Source: Candidatus Sericytochromatia bacterium (GTDB lineage: Bacteria > Cyanobacteriota > Sericytochromatia > S15B-MN24 > UBA4093). Taken from it: DNA of 64,000 nt. The position numbers were made by a program, and so were the translations under genes. This document shows positions 35,665 to 46,060 of the stretch, piece after piece. Numbering within the stretch: position 1 is the stretch's first letter; every line of letters starts with the position of its first letter. Under the pieces are notes generated by a model. The model worked only from the letters and a program-made list of their open reading frames with translations, did no database searches and was not told the origin of the DNA. The stretch is taken from positions 96,001 through 160,000 of the forward strand of contig JAKFCT010000028.1 of NCBI GenBank assembly GCA_036676495.1, in the 5' to 3' direction.

Positions 35665-37277
35665 ATTCCCGGATTCACCGCCGGGAGTCGATGAGGCTCG
35701 CAGCGAACCACCGTCACCACCGGGGGCCTTGGCTCCCGGTGGAACGTTTCTGCCCGGCGCACGGCCTCGCCGTCCATCCGGGTCATGCGCGCGTAACTGC
35801 GCATGAGCGCCGTTCCCGAACTCAACTCGAAGCGTTCCACGCAAGCCCCCGCATCGGCATCCATTTGCAGGTCCCAGCGCCTCGCGCCGTTTCTCAGGCG
35901 CATGAGGCGCAGTTCCTGCATGGCGCTTCGAAATTCGGCCTCTTCGGCCGGGTCGATCCGGTAGGCGATGCTGACGCGGATCGCCGCCGGCTCGTCTCGC
36001 CATGCCTCGGCTTCGAAGGGCAGCTCGGCCTGGGTCTCCAGGTGCATGGGGCCCGGTTTCGAGAGACCGTAGCGCTTCACGAGCCCCAAATTCAGCAAGA
36101 GTCCGACTCCGCAGATGCCCAGCGTGGTCCAAAGGCCGAACCAGCCGACGGAAGCGCCCCAGAAGGCGGATCCCAGGGCCTGGCCGCCGAAGGCCACGAG
36201 CAGGTAGGCGGCCAGCGCGCGCCCGCGCACCCAGGCGGGGGCGGTGGCCTGGACGGTGGCGTTGAAGTTCGCGAGCAGGACCAGCCAGGCGAGGCCGGCC
36301 GCGGCCAGGGTGACGCAGACGGCCGCCACGTGGTGAACGGTGGCCGTCACGAGGGTGGCGAGGGCATAGAGCAGGGTGGCTCCCGCGAGCAGGTGATTGA
36401 GCGGGAAGGCTTGACGCAAGCGTGAGAGCAGAAGTGCGCCCATGACGGCTCCGAAGCCGAGACAGCCCATCAGCAAGCCGTAGCCCGTGGGCCCGAGGCC
36501 CAGTCCGAAGCGCGAGATCAGGGGCAAGAGCGCCCAGATGGCCGTCCCGAAGACCATGAAGGCTCCGGTGCGAATGAGCACCGCCCGGACGTTCGGGGCG
36601 TAGCGAACGTAGCGAATGCCGGCGCCCAGGGCTTCCGAGAGGGGCTCTGCGGGGAGGCGGGGGGTCGTGGCGGGGCGTTTCCAGCGGAAGAGCACGACGA
36701 GGACGCCCACGAACGAGGCGGAATTCAACAAGAAGGCGGCGCCGGGACCGGCCGCCGCCACCAGGAGGCCGCCGAAGGCGGGGGCGATGGCACGGGCCAG
36801 GTTCAAGCCCATGGAATTGAGGGCGACGGCCGAGGGAAGATCCGAGCCGGGCACCAGTTCCGAGACGATGGCCTGCCATGCAGGGGCGTTCAGTGCCGCT
36901 CCCAAACCCAGGGCGAAGGTCAGTCCCAGGAGGGTCCAGGGGTCAGCCCATCCCATGAGCGTGAGGGCGGCCAATAGGAAGGAGATGGCGCACATCCACC
37001 CCTGGGTGAGCAAGAGCAGCTTGCGGCGGTCGAAGACGTCGGCCAGGGCTCCGGCCAGCATGGCGAGCAGGAAGACGGGAAGGGTATTGGCGGTTTGGAC
37101 GAGGGCGACGAGGAGGGGGGAGGGGGCCAGGGTGGTCATGAGCCAGGCGGCGCCGACGTTTTGCATGAGGGTGCCCATGTTGGAGGCGAAGGTCGCGATC
37201 CAGAGCGCCCGGAAAACCGGCTGGCGCAGGGGCGCCCAGGGGCTTTCAGGGGGGGTGAGGGTGGTCTCAAGTGGCAT
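35661..37277 (-). CDS. MFS transporter with C-terminal soluble domain (DUF894/MFS_3-like)
   Basis: WAPLRQPVFRALW, GALADVFDRRK, PAWQAIV and AVALNS..NLARA motifs; start overlaps EamA stop. Confidence 0.88.
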   Translation of the reverse strand: MPLETTLTPPESPWAPLRQPVFRALWIATFASNMGTLMQNVGAAWLMTTLAPSPLLVALVQTANTLPVFLLAMLAGALADVFDRRKLLLLTQGWMCAISFLLAALTLMGWADPWTLLGLTFALGLGAALNAPAWQAIVSELVPGSDLPSAVALNSMGLNLARAIAPAFGGLLVAAAGPGAAFLLNSASFVGVLVVLFRWKRPATTPRLPAEPLSEALGAGIRYVRYAPNVRAVLIRTGAFMVFGTAIWALLPLISRFGLGLGPTGYGLLMGCLGFGAVMGALLLSRLRQAFPLNHLLAGATLLYALATLVTATVHHVAAVCVTLAAAGLAWLVLLANFNATVQATAPAWVRGRALAAYLLVAFGGQALGSAFWGASVGWFGLWTTLGICGVGLLLNLGLVKRYGLSKPGPMHLETQAELPFEAEAWRDEPAAIRVSIAYRIDPAEEAEFRSAMQELRLMRLRNGARRWDLQMDADAGACVERFELSSGTALMRSYARMTRMDGEAVRRAETFHREPRPPVVTVVRCEPHRLPAVNPGI

Positions 37278-38166
37278 TGGCGAGGGTCGGGGCCGGTACG
37301 GGGCGGTTGGCGATCGCCACTCCCAGCAGGACGAGGGCCCCTCCGAGCAGCTGGAAGAGTCCGGGACGCTCGTGAAGGAAGACCACGGACATCCCCAGGG
37401 CGAAGACGGGGACCAGGTAGGTGTAGCTCGCCGCTTTGACGGCCCCGAGGCGCGCCAGGCCGCGGTTCCAGAGGACGAGCGCCAGGACCGTGCCACCGAG
37501 CGCCATGAAGGAGATGGCCAGCCAGAAGCGCATGCCCGCGTCTCCGGATGGAACGTCCAGGATGCGGGGGCCGGTGACCAGGAGCAGCAGGAGGGCGCCG
37601 ATGAGGCTGGAGTAGGCGGCCGTGGTGATGGGGCCCAGTCGCCGGGAGGCCAGGCGGCCGAGCAGGGTGAAGGCGGACCAGCAGACGGCTGAGGCCAGGT
37701 AGAAGAGGTCTCCCCAGAGGCGTTCGGGGTGGGCGTGCATGCCGAGGAGGGCGTCCTGGAAGACCAGCAGTTCTCCGACGATGGCGACGGCGATGCCGAG
37801 GACGCGCCGGCGGGTGATCGCCTCCCCGAAGAGCCAGCCGGCGAGGATCATGGTCAGGATCGGGTTGAGGGTGGGGCTGATCATGGCGCCGTCGGCCGCG
37901 GAGGCGAGCCGCATGCCCTCGAAGGCCAGCCAGTTGTAGGCGAAGATCCCGGTGGCTCCCAGGCCTACCAGGATGGGCAGGTCGCGCAGGGTGGGGCGGG
38001 CCTCGTGTCGCCGCACGGCGAGCAGGAGGAGCACGAAGAAGGGCGCGGCGACGAGAAAGCGCCACGTTCCGACCACGAGGGGAGCCACGTCGTGAACGGC
38101 GAGCTTGCCGACGACGAAGAATCCGCCCCAAAGGGCCGCCACCAGGACCATCGAGAGGCTATCCAT
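37267..38166 (-). CDS. DMT/EamA transporter
   Basis: Two EamA repeats (LWGG.F..., LNPILT...FGE, LVPVFA...LHER). Confidence 0.9.
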   Translation of the reverse strand: MDSLSMVLVAALWGGFFVVGKLAVHDVAPLVVGTWRFLVAAPFFVLLLLAVRRHEARPTLRDLPILVGLGATGIFAYNWLAFEGMRLASAADGAMISPTLNPILTMILAGWLFGEAITRRRVLGIAVAIVGELLVFQDALLGMHAHPERLWGDLFYLASAVCWSAFTLLGRLASRRLGPITTAAYSSLIGALLLLLVTGPRILDVPSGDAGMRFWLAISFMALGGTVLALVLWNRGLARLGAVKAASYTYLVPVFALGMSVVFLHERPGLFQLLGGALVLLGVAIANRPVPAPTLANAT

Positions 38167-38256
38167 GCCCTCAGTGTAGGGGATAATTCGGGGATTGGCT
38201 AAGGCCAGCCTAGCGACGCATCGTTCCGGAGCCAGGGGCCTTAGCCAAGTTGCGGC

Positions 38257-38883
38257 CTATTTCAGTTCGGCGAGGATCGCCTGGGCTTTTTCCAGGTGCT
38301 GCTGGATGACCGGCAGGGTCTTCGTGGCGTAGCCGGTCACGGCGGGGTGCATGCCCTTTTCGGTCTCCATGGTGAAGAGTTTGACGGCCTTCTCGTGGCC
38401 TTTCACCATGACCTTCATGAACTCGCGGTCGAATTCCATGCCCGAGAGCTTGGACAGGCGCTGCATGGTCGCCTTGGCGTCGGGGGGGAGCTCCATCGGA
38501 GCGGTCAAGCCGGCCTCTTGGGCGGCGTTCAGCAGCTCCTGCTCGGACTTGGAGTGATCGGTCTGCATCATGCCGGCGAACTCCTTGACGCTGGCGGATT
38601 GGGCCTTTTGCATCCCCAGCCCCCCGAGGGCGACCTCTTCGAGGTTGGCTTGCGAGGCCTTGGTGACGAACTGCCGGTCCATGGCGTTGACTTGCGCATC
38701 ATCGGGCGCGGTGGGGCTCGGTTCGGGCATCGGGGCCTCGGAGGCCATCGGCTGGGGGGCCATGCCTCCCCATGTAGCGAACGGGGTGGCGGGGCCGTGA
38801 CGGCCCGGGTCCGAGCAGGCGGAAACCAGCATGATACCGGCGAGGGCCCCGGCGGCCCCGAGCTTGCCAAAATACTTAGACAA
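38257..38883 (-). CDS. DUF4142 (ferritin-like) lipoprotein
   Basis: Lipobox LVSAC; DRQFV..A...EV..G; VKEFA.MM..DH; FDREFM..MV.GH; LPVIQQHL. Confidence 0.85.
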   Translation of the reverse strand: MSKYFGKLGAAGALAGIMLVSACSDPGRHGPATPFATWGGMAPQPMASEAPMPEPSPTAPDDAQVNAMDRQFVTKASQANLEEVALGGLGMQKAQSASVKEFAGMMQTDHSKSEQELLNAAQEAGLTAPMELPPDAKATMQRLSKLSGMEFDREFMKVMVKGHEKAVKLFTMETEKGMHPAVTGYATKTLPVIQQHLEKAQAILAELK

Positions 38884-39174
38884 GACGCAGTCCCCCTTTC
38901 ATGCGAGCGGCACGCTCCATCGCGAACCCCGGGAGTATGGCGCAGCGTCCGGCCCTTCTCAACGTTCCCATGACTGGTTTGAACCCCGGCATCCGCATGC
39001 CGCTTGCCCGAAGGAAAGGGCGCGTCCAGGGGGCTTCAGGCCGGCAAACGAGACTCGCCGCGAGAAAGCGGCCAAGGTTTTCCGGCGGATTCGGCCAAGG
39101 CCCCGGGTATAGTCCTCATGACGCGCTCATGCTTCCGCTCGCCACCCTCGTCGATATCGTTCAAGGAGCCTTTC

Positions 39175-39813
39175 ATGACCGACCTCATCCCCGGCCGCTT
39201 GATCACCTGGACAGCCAAGGGGCTGCTCGGGATGCCGCTGCGATCCTACGCCTACCGTCAGGGAGACGTGGTCGTCTGGATCGACCCCGCGCTGCCCGAG
39301 GACGCCTCGGAGGTGCTGGCCTTCGGCACGCCGCAGCATGTCCTCTTGACCACGGGGCTGCATGATCGCGATGCCGAGCGGATCCGGGAGCGCTTCGGGA
39401 GCCCGATCTGGGTGCCCGAGAAGGGGGGAGACCTCTTCATCTCGCGGCCCGACCACCGCTATACCTGGCAGAGCGACTTGCCGGCCGGCCTCAAGGCCGT
39501 CTCCATCCCCGGTATCGGAGGAGGCGAGCATGCGCTGGTGGGGGACGTGGAGGGGAGGCGCTTCGCCTTCGTGGGGGATGCGCTCTTCCACATCCCCGCT
39601 CCCGATCCCATCAGCAAGTTGCTGATCCTGCGCCAGCCCAAGGGGGAGTTCCAGCACAAGACGGTTTACTGGGGGGGAGGCGACAAGAAGGTGGCGCTCA
39701 AGGAGGCCAAGCGGCTGATCTCGCTGGAGCTCGCGATGGTGCTGCCCATGCACGGGACTCCGGTGCTGGAGGACGCGCACGCCAAGATTCGCGAGAGCCT
39801 GAGCGCCTGGTGA
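39175..39813 (+). CDS. Degenerate MBL-fold hypothetical protein
   Basis: SD AAGGAG; WIDP, LLTTGLHDRD, FVGDAL and LPMHG motifs. Confidence 0.7.
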   Translation: MTDLIPGRLITWTAKGLLGMPLRSYAYRQGDVVVWIDPALPEDASEVLAFGTPQHVLLTTGLHDRDAERIRERFGSPIWVPEKGGDLFISRPDHRYTWQSDLPAGLKAVSIPGIGGGEHALVGDVEGRRFAFVGDALFHIPAPDPISKLLILRQPKGEFQHKTVYWGGGDKKVALKEAKRLISLELAMVLPMHGTPVLEDAHAKIRESLSAW

Positions 39814-39828
39814 GCGGGTGGTTGAGGA

Positions 39829-40623
39829 CTAATACTGGTTGAGGGTGCCCCAGTCGCGGGCCTTGCGCTCGGCGACCACGAAGGTGGCGAGCCCCAGACC
39901 GAGGAAGATGACCGTGGTCATGGCGAGGCCGGCGATCGAGCCGTCGGCGAGGAGTTGCGAGAGCGGGACTCCCTGGATGGCGTTCTGTCTGAGCAGGATC
40001 AGGGCCTGGGTGAAGGGGAAGTGGTTGACGAAGCCTTCCATCCAGCTCGGCAGCGAGTCCAGGGGCATGACGGCGAGTCCGAAGACCAGCATCACGGCGA
40101 ACTGCGCGAGGGTGGCGATCTTCTTGTAAAGGAGGGCCGCGCCTCCCAGCATCATGCCGATGCCCTCGAGGCCGAGGTACATCAGGGTCAAGAGGAGGGT
40201 GAAGGAGGCGACGTCGAGGTGGAAGCGGGCGCCGGTGAGGCCCATGGCGATCGCCATGACCAGCACGAAGCGGACCAGCATCTCGACGAACGAGGCCAGG
40301 TCGCGCATGAGCATGATGACGACCAGCGGGGGCGGGCTGAGGGCGGCCTGCTCCAGGGTGCCGGTCTGGGTCTCCTCGGCCAGCAGCTCGGTGGCGTTGT
40401 TGATGCCGTTGATGGCGATGAAGGTGATGAGCAGGCCCAAGAGGCGGCCGAGCTGGCCTTCCTGGAAGCCCGGCAAGGCGTTGCCGACCGCGCCGAAGCC
40501 GTAGTAGATCATCAGGGCGAAGCCGAGGTTCCAGATCAGCCGGCTCACCAGCTCGAAGGGGTAGCGGAAGGTCAGGATGAACTCCCGCTTCAGTTCGGCC
40601 CAGAACAGGGCGGGCAGGTTCAT
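39829..40623 (-). CDS. ABC-2 type exporter permease
   Basis: Six TM segments; EETQTGTLEQ motif; follows ATPase. Confidence 0.85.
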   Translation of the reverse strand: MNLPALFWAELKREFILTFRYPFELVSRLIWNLGFALMIYYGFGAVGNALPGFQEGQLGRLLGLLITFIAINGINNATELLAEETQTGTLEQAALSPPPLVVIMLMRDLASFVEMLVRFVLVMAIAMGLTGARFHLDVASFTLLLTLMYLGLEGIGMMLGGAALLYKKIATLAQFAVMLVFGLAVMPLDSLPSWMEGFVNHFPFTQALILLRQNAIQGVPLSQLLADGSIAGLAMTTVIFLGLGLATFVVAERKARDWGTLNQY

Positions 40624-41615
40624 GTGCGGCCTCCAATCACCCGACGGTAGATCTCTTCGAGGTTGACGTCCTGCTGCCGGACGGAGACGAGCTCGAGGCC
40701 CGCCAAACGCAGGGGATCGAAAGCCTGGTAGAGGCTCTGGGCATTGCCTTCCGGCAGGGTAAAGCGCGACAACGCCCCTTCCTCCTCGAAACCCTGGGCT
40801 CCGAGCGCCTGGAGGGGCTCATGCAGGGCGGGCGGCAGGGTGCCGCGGACGGTGATCTCGTAGCCCGGAGCGCGATAGGAGGCTTGCAGCTGCTCGAGGG
40901 AGTCCATGACGGCCAGTTTTCCGCCAGCGATGATGGCGATCCGGTCGGAGAGCTCCTGGGCGACTTCCATCTGGTGGGTGGTGAGCACGATGCCGCACCC
41001 GTCCTGGGCGATCGCCCGGACGATGTCCTTGAAGGTGGAGGCGGAGACGACGTCGAGGCCCAGGGTAGGCTCGTCGAGCAGGAGAAGCTGGGGGGAGTTG
41101 AGGAGGGCGATGGCGATCGCCACCCGCTGCTGGAGGCCGCGCGAGAGCTCACCGACGCGCTTCGAGTGGTGGGAGGCGAGGTCAAGGCGCTCGACGAGGT
41201 CCTCGGCCCGGCGCTTCACGGCGGAGACGCCCTTGAGGGTGCCGAAGTACTCGAGGTTCTCGCGGACGGTGAGCTTCCAGTGGAGGTTGCGGTTTCCTTC
41301 GAGCACGGCTCCGAGGCGGGAGGCGGCGCGGGTGCGATCGCGCGCGACGTCCTGGTCCCCGACGGTGATCTGGCCGGTGGTCGGGCGCAAGAGCCCGGCG
41401 ATCATCTTGATGGTGGTGGTCTTCCCGGCGCCGTTGGGGCCCAAGAGGCCGAGAATCTCGCCGCGGTTCAGGCCGAAGCTGACGCCGCTGACCGCGGTGA
41501 GGGGCGGACGCCCCCAGCGCGCAGGGTAAACCTTGGTCACGTCCTTGACCTTGAGGGCGTCCCAGGTGGGAGTCGGCGTGAGTTGCGGGGGTGCGGCGGT
41601 TTCGATCGGGTTCAT
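40620..41615 (-). CDS. ABC exporter ATP-binding protein
   Basis: GPNGAGKTT, LSRGLQQR, LLLDEPTLGLD and TTH motifs. Confidence 0.93.
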   Translation of the reverse strand: MNPIETAAPPQLTPTPTWDALKVKDVTKVYPARWGRPPLTAVSGVSFGLNRGEILGLLGPNGAGKTTTIKMIAGLLRPTTGQITVGDQDVARDRTRAASRLGAVLEGNRNLHWKLTVRENLEYFGTLKGVSAVKRRAEDLVERLDLASHHSKRVGELSRGLQQRVAIAIALLNSPQLLLLDEPTLGLDVVSASTFKDIVRAIAQDGCGIVLTTHQMEVAQELSDRIAIIAGGKLAVMDSLEQLQASYRAPGYEITVRGTLPPALHEPLQALGAQGFEEEGALSRFTLPEGNAQSLYQAFDPLRLAGLELVSVRQQDVNLEEIYRRVIGGRT

Positions 41616-41718
41616 ACGGATCCAGAATCCGGGATCTCGCTAAGCCTGTCAAGCTTGATGAGGACGTTGGTGCGTGCGGCTAGTTTCGAGACCGGGGGAG
41701 TCGTGGCATGATGAGGGC

Positions 41719-43008
41719 ATGACGAACGAGCAAGGGATTCACGCGGACCGTCCGGAGGGGCTTGGCGAGGTACGGGTCCAGCTGGAGCGGGCGCAGCATG
41801 AGATTGTCCGCCTCAAGGCGATGCTCGCCACGGTGGAGCGGCGCCTCTCCGAGCGGGAGCGGGTCGACTTCGCGATCAGCGAGGAGAACGCGCTTTACAA
41901 GGCCATCTTCGGCGCGCAGAGCGATCTCGGGGAGGGGTTCTTCATCGTGGACGGTCGCAAGATCGTGCAGGTGAACGAGGCCTTCACGCGGATCTCGGGT
42001 TACCGCCAGGATGAGCTTCAGGCGCTGGGATCCTTTTTCGAGCTGATTCCCGACGGGGAGCGCGAGTCGCTGCAGCGGCGCATGGCGAGCCGGCTATCGG
42101 GCGCCGACGTGCATGATCACTACGAGACGGTGATCGTGCACCAGCAGGGCCACCGGGTGAACCTGGAAGTGGCGGTCAAGGTGATCCACCTGGGCAGTCA
42201 GCCCCGGATCCTGGCGATCGCGCGGGACATCACGGGGCGCAAGCGCATGGAAGCCGCGCTGCACGAGCAGAACTCCCGGCTTCAGGAGCTGGATGCCCTC
42301 AAGAGCAACTTCATCAGCACCGTCTCGCATGAGCTGCGCACGCCTCTGGCGACCATCATGGGCTACACCGAGTTCCTCGAGGAGCAGATCGGCGGGCACC
42401 TCTCGCCCGATCAGCGGAGCTTCGTCTCGCAGATCCTGCTTGGCGCCCGGCGCCTGGAGCTGCTCGTAGACGATTTGCTCGACTTCGCCCGCCTGGAGTC
42501 GGGCTCGCTGCGCATGAACTGCCAGGAGTCGGACCTGGTGCAGAATGTCCGGGAGGTCGCGGAGAGCTTCGTCCCGCTGGCCCGCGCGAAGTCCATCGCG
42601 CTGCATGTCCGCTTGCCGGAACAGCCGTTGCCGCTGCGGGTGGATGGAGTTCGCATCGCCCAGGTGATCACCAACCTGCTCTCCAATGCGTTGAAGTTCA
42701 CGCCGCCGGGCGGGGAAATCAGCCTTTCCCTCGCTTGCACGGCGGAAGCGGCCTGCCTCGAGGTCCAGGACTCCGGCATCGGCATCAGCCGCGAGCATCA
42801 TCCCTACATTTTCGAGCGCTTCTACCAGGTCGATCCGAGCACGACGCGCATCCATGGAGGGGCGGGCCTCGGGCTCCCCATCTCCAAGGCCCTGATCGAG
42901 GCCCACGGAGGCCGGATCGGCGTCCGCAGCCAGGAGGGCCAGGGCTCCACGTTCTGGTTCACCCTGCCGCTGCAAGGCGCGTCGCCCGATCCCGCCGCGA
43001 GGGTGTGA
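41719..43008 (+). CDS. Cytoplasmic PAS-domain sensor histidine kinase
   Basis: Coiled coil; PAS (VNEAF..ISGY...RDIT.RK); SHELRTPL; [10 protein letters not shown]; DSGIGI; GAGLGL. Confidence 0.93.
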   Translation: MTNEQGIHADRPEGLGEVRVQLERAQHEIVRLKAMLATVERRLSERERVDFAISEENALYKAIFGAQSDLGEGFFIVDGRKIVQVNEAFTRISGYRQDELQALGSFFELIPDGERESLQRRMASRLSGADVHDHYETVIVHQQGHRVNLEVAVKVIHLGSQPRILAIARDITGRKRMEAALHEQNSRLQELDALKSNFISTVSHELRTPLATIMGYTEFLEEQIGGHLSPDQRSFVSQILLGARRLELLVDDLLDFARLESGSLRMNCQESDLVQNVREVAESFVPLARAKSIALHVRLPEQPLPLRVDGVRIAQVITNLLSNALKFTPPGGEISLSLACTAEAACLEVQDSGIGISREHHPYIFERFYQVDPSTTRIHGGAGLGLPISKALIEAHGGRIGVRSQEGQGSTFWFTLPLQGASPDPAARV

Positions 43009-43067
43009 TTCGGGCGGGGGGCGGGTAGGAGATCCGGTGGCCCGCACATCGTAAAGGAGACTTCCCT

Positions 43068-43520
43068 GTGACGCAGCAACTGATCGGCCTTCCGCCTTCC
43101 GTCGACCCGGACGCCTGGCGGGGCTTGCTCGCCCTCGGAGAGCGCCAGACCTTTCAGCGCGGCGAGACCATCTTCGAGGATCGCTCCGTGGGCGACCGGA
43201 TCTACCTGATCCTCGAGGGCCCCGTCGAGATCCTCAAGGAGACCCATCCAGGCCAGAACGTGCGGCTCGCCATCCTCGAAAACGGCGCCATGTTCGGCGA
43301 GCGCTGCCTCTTCGGAGACGGCCGGCGCTCCGCCACCGCGCGCGCCTTCGGTCCGGTCTCGCTCCTGGGGATCCCGGCTGCGGACGTCAAGGAGTACCTC
43401 GACGGCCATCCCGCTTTCGCCGTGCAGTTCTACCGCTCCCTATGCGAGCAGTTCAGCCAGCTGGTCTTCGACCTCGACTCCGACCTGCGGGTCCTGCATC
43501 AGCGGCTCTCCTTCTTCTAA
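43068..43520 (+). CDS. Stand-alone cyclic-nucleotide-binding domain protein
   Basis: GETIF, YLILEG.V, G.MFGE and RSATARA motifs; no HTH. Confidence 0.85.
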   Translation: MTQQLIGLPPSVDPDAWRGLLALGERQTFQRGETIFEDRSVGDRIYLILEGPVEILKETHPGQNVRLAILENGAMFGERCLFGDGRRSATARAFGPVSLLGIPAADVKEYLDGHPAFAVQFYRSLCEQFSQLVFDLDSDLRVLHQRLSFF

Positions 43521-43544
43521 ACCGCTCGCGCCCGCAAGCCTCCG

Positions 43545-44360
43545 TCAACCGTTGCCCTCCGGGCCGAACACGCGCTCCGGATCCGCCATGAGGGCGGTGA
43601 AGGCCTGGGCCAGGCGGCTGGCCTGAGCCCCATCCAGCATGCGGTGGTCGAGGGCCACGCCCAGCGTCAGGATCGGCCGTACGACGACCTGTCCATCCAC
43701 CACCCAGGGCTTCTCCGTCACGCGGCCGAGCGCCATCACCAGCGAGCAGCGCGCGAGCGGCGGCACGGGAGGGAAAGCCAGGTCCAGCCCCAGGCTGCCC
43801 ACGTTGGTCACCATGGCGGCCCCGAAGGGATCCGGGAAGATGCCCAGCGCCGGAATCCCGATGCCGAGGTCGTGCGCGAGCAGGTCCTGGATCTTCAGGG
43901 CCAGCGGCATCAAGACCATCGGCACGCGATCGGTCACGGAGGTCGACCGGCGCAGGCGCTCCGAGCTCGTCTCCGCCCGCACTGCCCCCGCCCGCTGGGA
44001 GAGCTCGTTGGCGAGGCCCAGGATGCCCTTCGCGGGCACGTTTTCCAGTTTGATGCCCGAGAGGTCTTGCCCCCCGCGATCCACCTGCACGAAAAGATCC
44101 AGGTGCGGCCGCTCGACCCAGCGTCCGAACCTCAGCATGCGGGTGGATGCCGGCTCTTGAGCCATGACATGGGCGAGCGCCTTGATCACCAGGGCCAGCA
44201 TGGTGACGGGAACCCCCGTTCGCACGCGAAGGGCTTCCAGGTAGCGCAGGGCCGCCGTGGCATCGAGCTCGAGCATGCCGTAAGTGGTGGGATCATGGGG
44301 CTTCGGCCAGGAGGCGATCGCCACCTTCCGCCAGCCCCGGGGCTTGAACATCCGCGCCAT
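43545..44360 (-). CDS. 2-oxoacid dehydrogenase E2-like acyltransferase, catalytic domain only
   Basis: SD AGGAGG; TNVGSLG and DHRMLDG motifs; no lipoyl domain. Confidence 0.8.
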   Translation of the reverse strand: MARMFKPRGWRKVAIASWPKPHDPTTYGMLELDATAALRYLEALRVRTGVPVTMLALVIKALAHVMAQEPASTRMLRFGRWVERPHLDLFVQVDRGGQDLSGIKLENVPAKGILGLANELSQRAGAVRAETSSERLRRSTSVTDRVPMVLMPLALKIQDLLAHDLGIGIPALGIFPDPFGAAMVTNVGSLGLDLAFPPVPPLARCSLVMALGRVTEKPWVVDGQVVVRPILTLGVALDHRMLDGAQASRLAQAFTALMADPERVFGPEGNG

Positions 44361-44548
44361 CTCCCCTCCTTTGGCGCTATTATGCCGTATCCCTCGCTCG
44401 CATGAAACCCAAACAAACCGTTTCTCCAGACCTGCCCCGGAGTGCTGGCGCTCGCCCTCCGAGCGATCCGTGGCGGTGGAGCATGCGTTTACCCGGCAGG
44501 CTCCCCCCTCCATACTGAGCGCGTCCACTCGACAGGAGGAGGAGCAAG

Positions 44549-46060
44549 ATGCGCAGACGATCGTTCGGGAGCGAGGCAGGAGGTACGGCGGACGCGACGA
44601 TCGGAAACGCGGCGCGACGTTCCCGGCTGCTGAAGCCCTTGCTGCTGGCCTCCATGGCCCTGGCTTCGTGCCATGTCCCCGGAAACGGAGGCATGTCGAT
44701 CGCCCAGACCCCCGCGCGCTGGGAAGGTCTCCCCTTCCGCCAGGCAACGACGACCGCCTACGCCCTGACCCTATATGCGGACGGCTGGGCGCTGGTGAAC
44801 GAAACCGCTCAGGTCGCGCTGGAGCCCGGCGAGCAGATCGTGAGCCTCTCTCCGGTGGCTCCCCAGGTCGAGCCGAGAGGGGCCTACCTCCAGATCCCGG
44901 GGATGGTGAGCGATCGGCGCTTCCGCTACGATCTGCAAACCCGGGAACGGCTCATGGAGCGCTATCACAACCGCACGGTCGAGATCGAGACCGCGACGGG
45001 CTCGATCAAAGCGACCCTCTTGATGACCGAAACGGGGCCGATCTACCGGATCGGGGAGCGCCTCACGACCGATCCCGGCGGCCGCGTGGTCTTCCCGCCT
45101 CTGCCGGAGCTGGCCGTCGAACCCACCCTGGAATGGCGGGTACGGATGGCGTCCCCTTGGAGTGGCTCGGCGACCGCATCCTATGTCGTCAACCGGCTGG
45201 GATGGGAGAGCGAGTACACGCTCAGGACCGATGCCGAGCAGACGCGCGGGGTCTGGACCCAATGGGCGGCTCTTAGCAACCAATCGGGCGGGCGCTACCC
45301 GGATGCGCAGGTGACCCTGGTTGCGGGTGACGTGCGGCGCGACGTCTACCGTCCGATGCCGCTGGACCACGGCGGGGCGCGCGCCTACTCGGAGGTGGCC
45401 CCCGCAGAACCTTACGCCGCCCGCTACCAGTACCGTCTGCCGGACAGGACGACCCTCGAGCGCAACAGCGAGGTCCGCAAAAACCTGGCCACGGCGGAGG
45501 GAGTGCCCGTGACGCGAAGCTATCGGATCACGAGCGCGGTGAACCTTTATCGCTCCGTCGAGCCCGAGCTTCCCCGCAAGGCCCAGATCCGGCTCACGAT
45601 TCCCAACACGGAGGCCGCCAACCTCGGCAGGCCCCTGCCGCGCGGCAAAGTGACGGTCTACACCCCGAACCGGCAAGGCGAGCAAGCCATCGCCGGCGAA
45701 CCCATGATCCCCGATACCCCCAAGGGACAGCTCATCCTCCTCCCGCTGGGAGAGGCCTTCGACGTCACGGCCGAACGCAAGCAGACCCAGTACGAGGTCA
45801 CCGAGGACGGCGCCCGGATCGGCTACGCGATCACCCTGAAAAACCAGCAAGCGCAAGCCGTGACCGTCGAGGTCTCGGAGCTCGTGCCGAACGACTGGAG
45901 CGTGCTCAGCCACTCGCACCCGTACGAACGCGTCTCGGCCTCCGAACTCCGCTTCAAGCCCTCGGTTCCGGCCGGCGGTGAAGTCACCGTCACCTACGTG
46001 ATCCGCATCCGCACGCCGAACGCGCCGCAGCGCGTGCCGCCAAGCCCTGAGCCCCGGTAA
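44549..46060 (+). CDS. DUF4139/DUF4140-like lipoprotein
   Basis: Lipobox ALASC; LTLY..G.ALV.E, SY....GW...Y, N.SG..Y....V.LVAGDV and LGRPLP.G motifs. Confidence 0.8.
   Translation: MRRRSFGSEAGGTADATIGNAARRSRLLKPLLLASMALASCHVPGNGGMSIAQTPARWEGLPFRQATTTAYALTLYADGWALVNETAQVALEPGEQIVSLSPVAPQVEPRGAYLQIPGMVSDRRFRYDLQTRERLMERYHNRTVEIETATGSIKATLLMTETGPIYRIGERLTTDPGGRVVFPPLPELAVEPTLEWRVRMASPWSGSATASYVVNRLGWESEYTLRTDAEQTRGVWTQWAALSNQSGGRYPDAQVTLVAGDVRRDVYRPMPLDHGGARAYSEVAPAEPYAARYQYRLPDRTTLERNSEVRKNLATAEGVPVTRSYRITSAVNLYRSVEPELPRKAQIRLTIPNTEAANLGRPLPRGKVTVYTPNRQGEQAIAGEPMIPDTPKGQLILLPLGEAFDVTAERKQTQYEVTEDGARIGYAITLKNQQAQAVTVEVSELVPNDWSVLSHSHPYERVSASELRFKPSVPAGGEVTVTYVIRIRTPNAPQRVPPSPEPR

Noticed and set aside
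38990-39110. c-di-GMP-I riboswitch-like GGCAAAC...GAAA hairpins
   Set aside because: Lacks the GACGCAAAGC/P2 tetraloop-receptor arrangement; the hairpins are explainable by GC content
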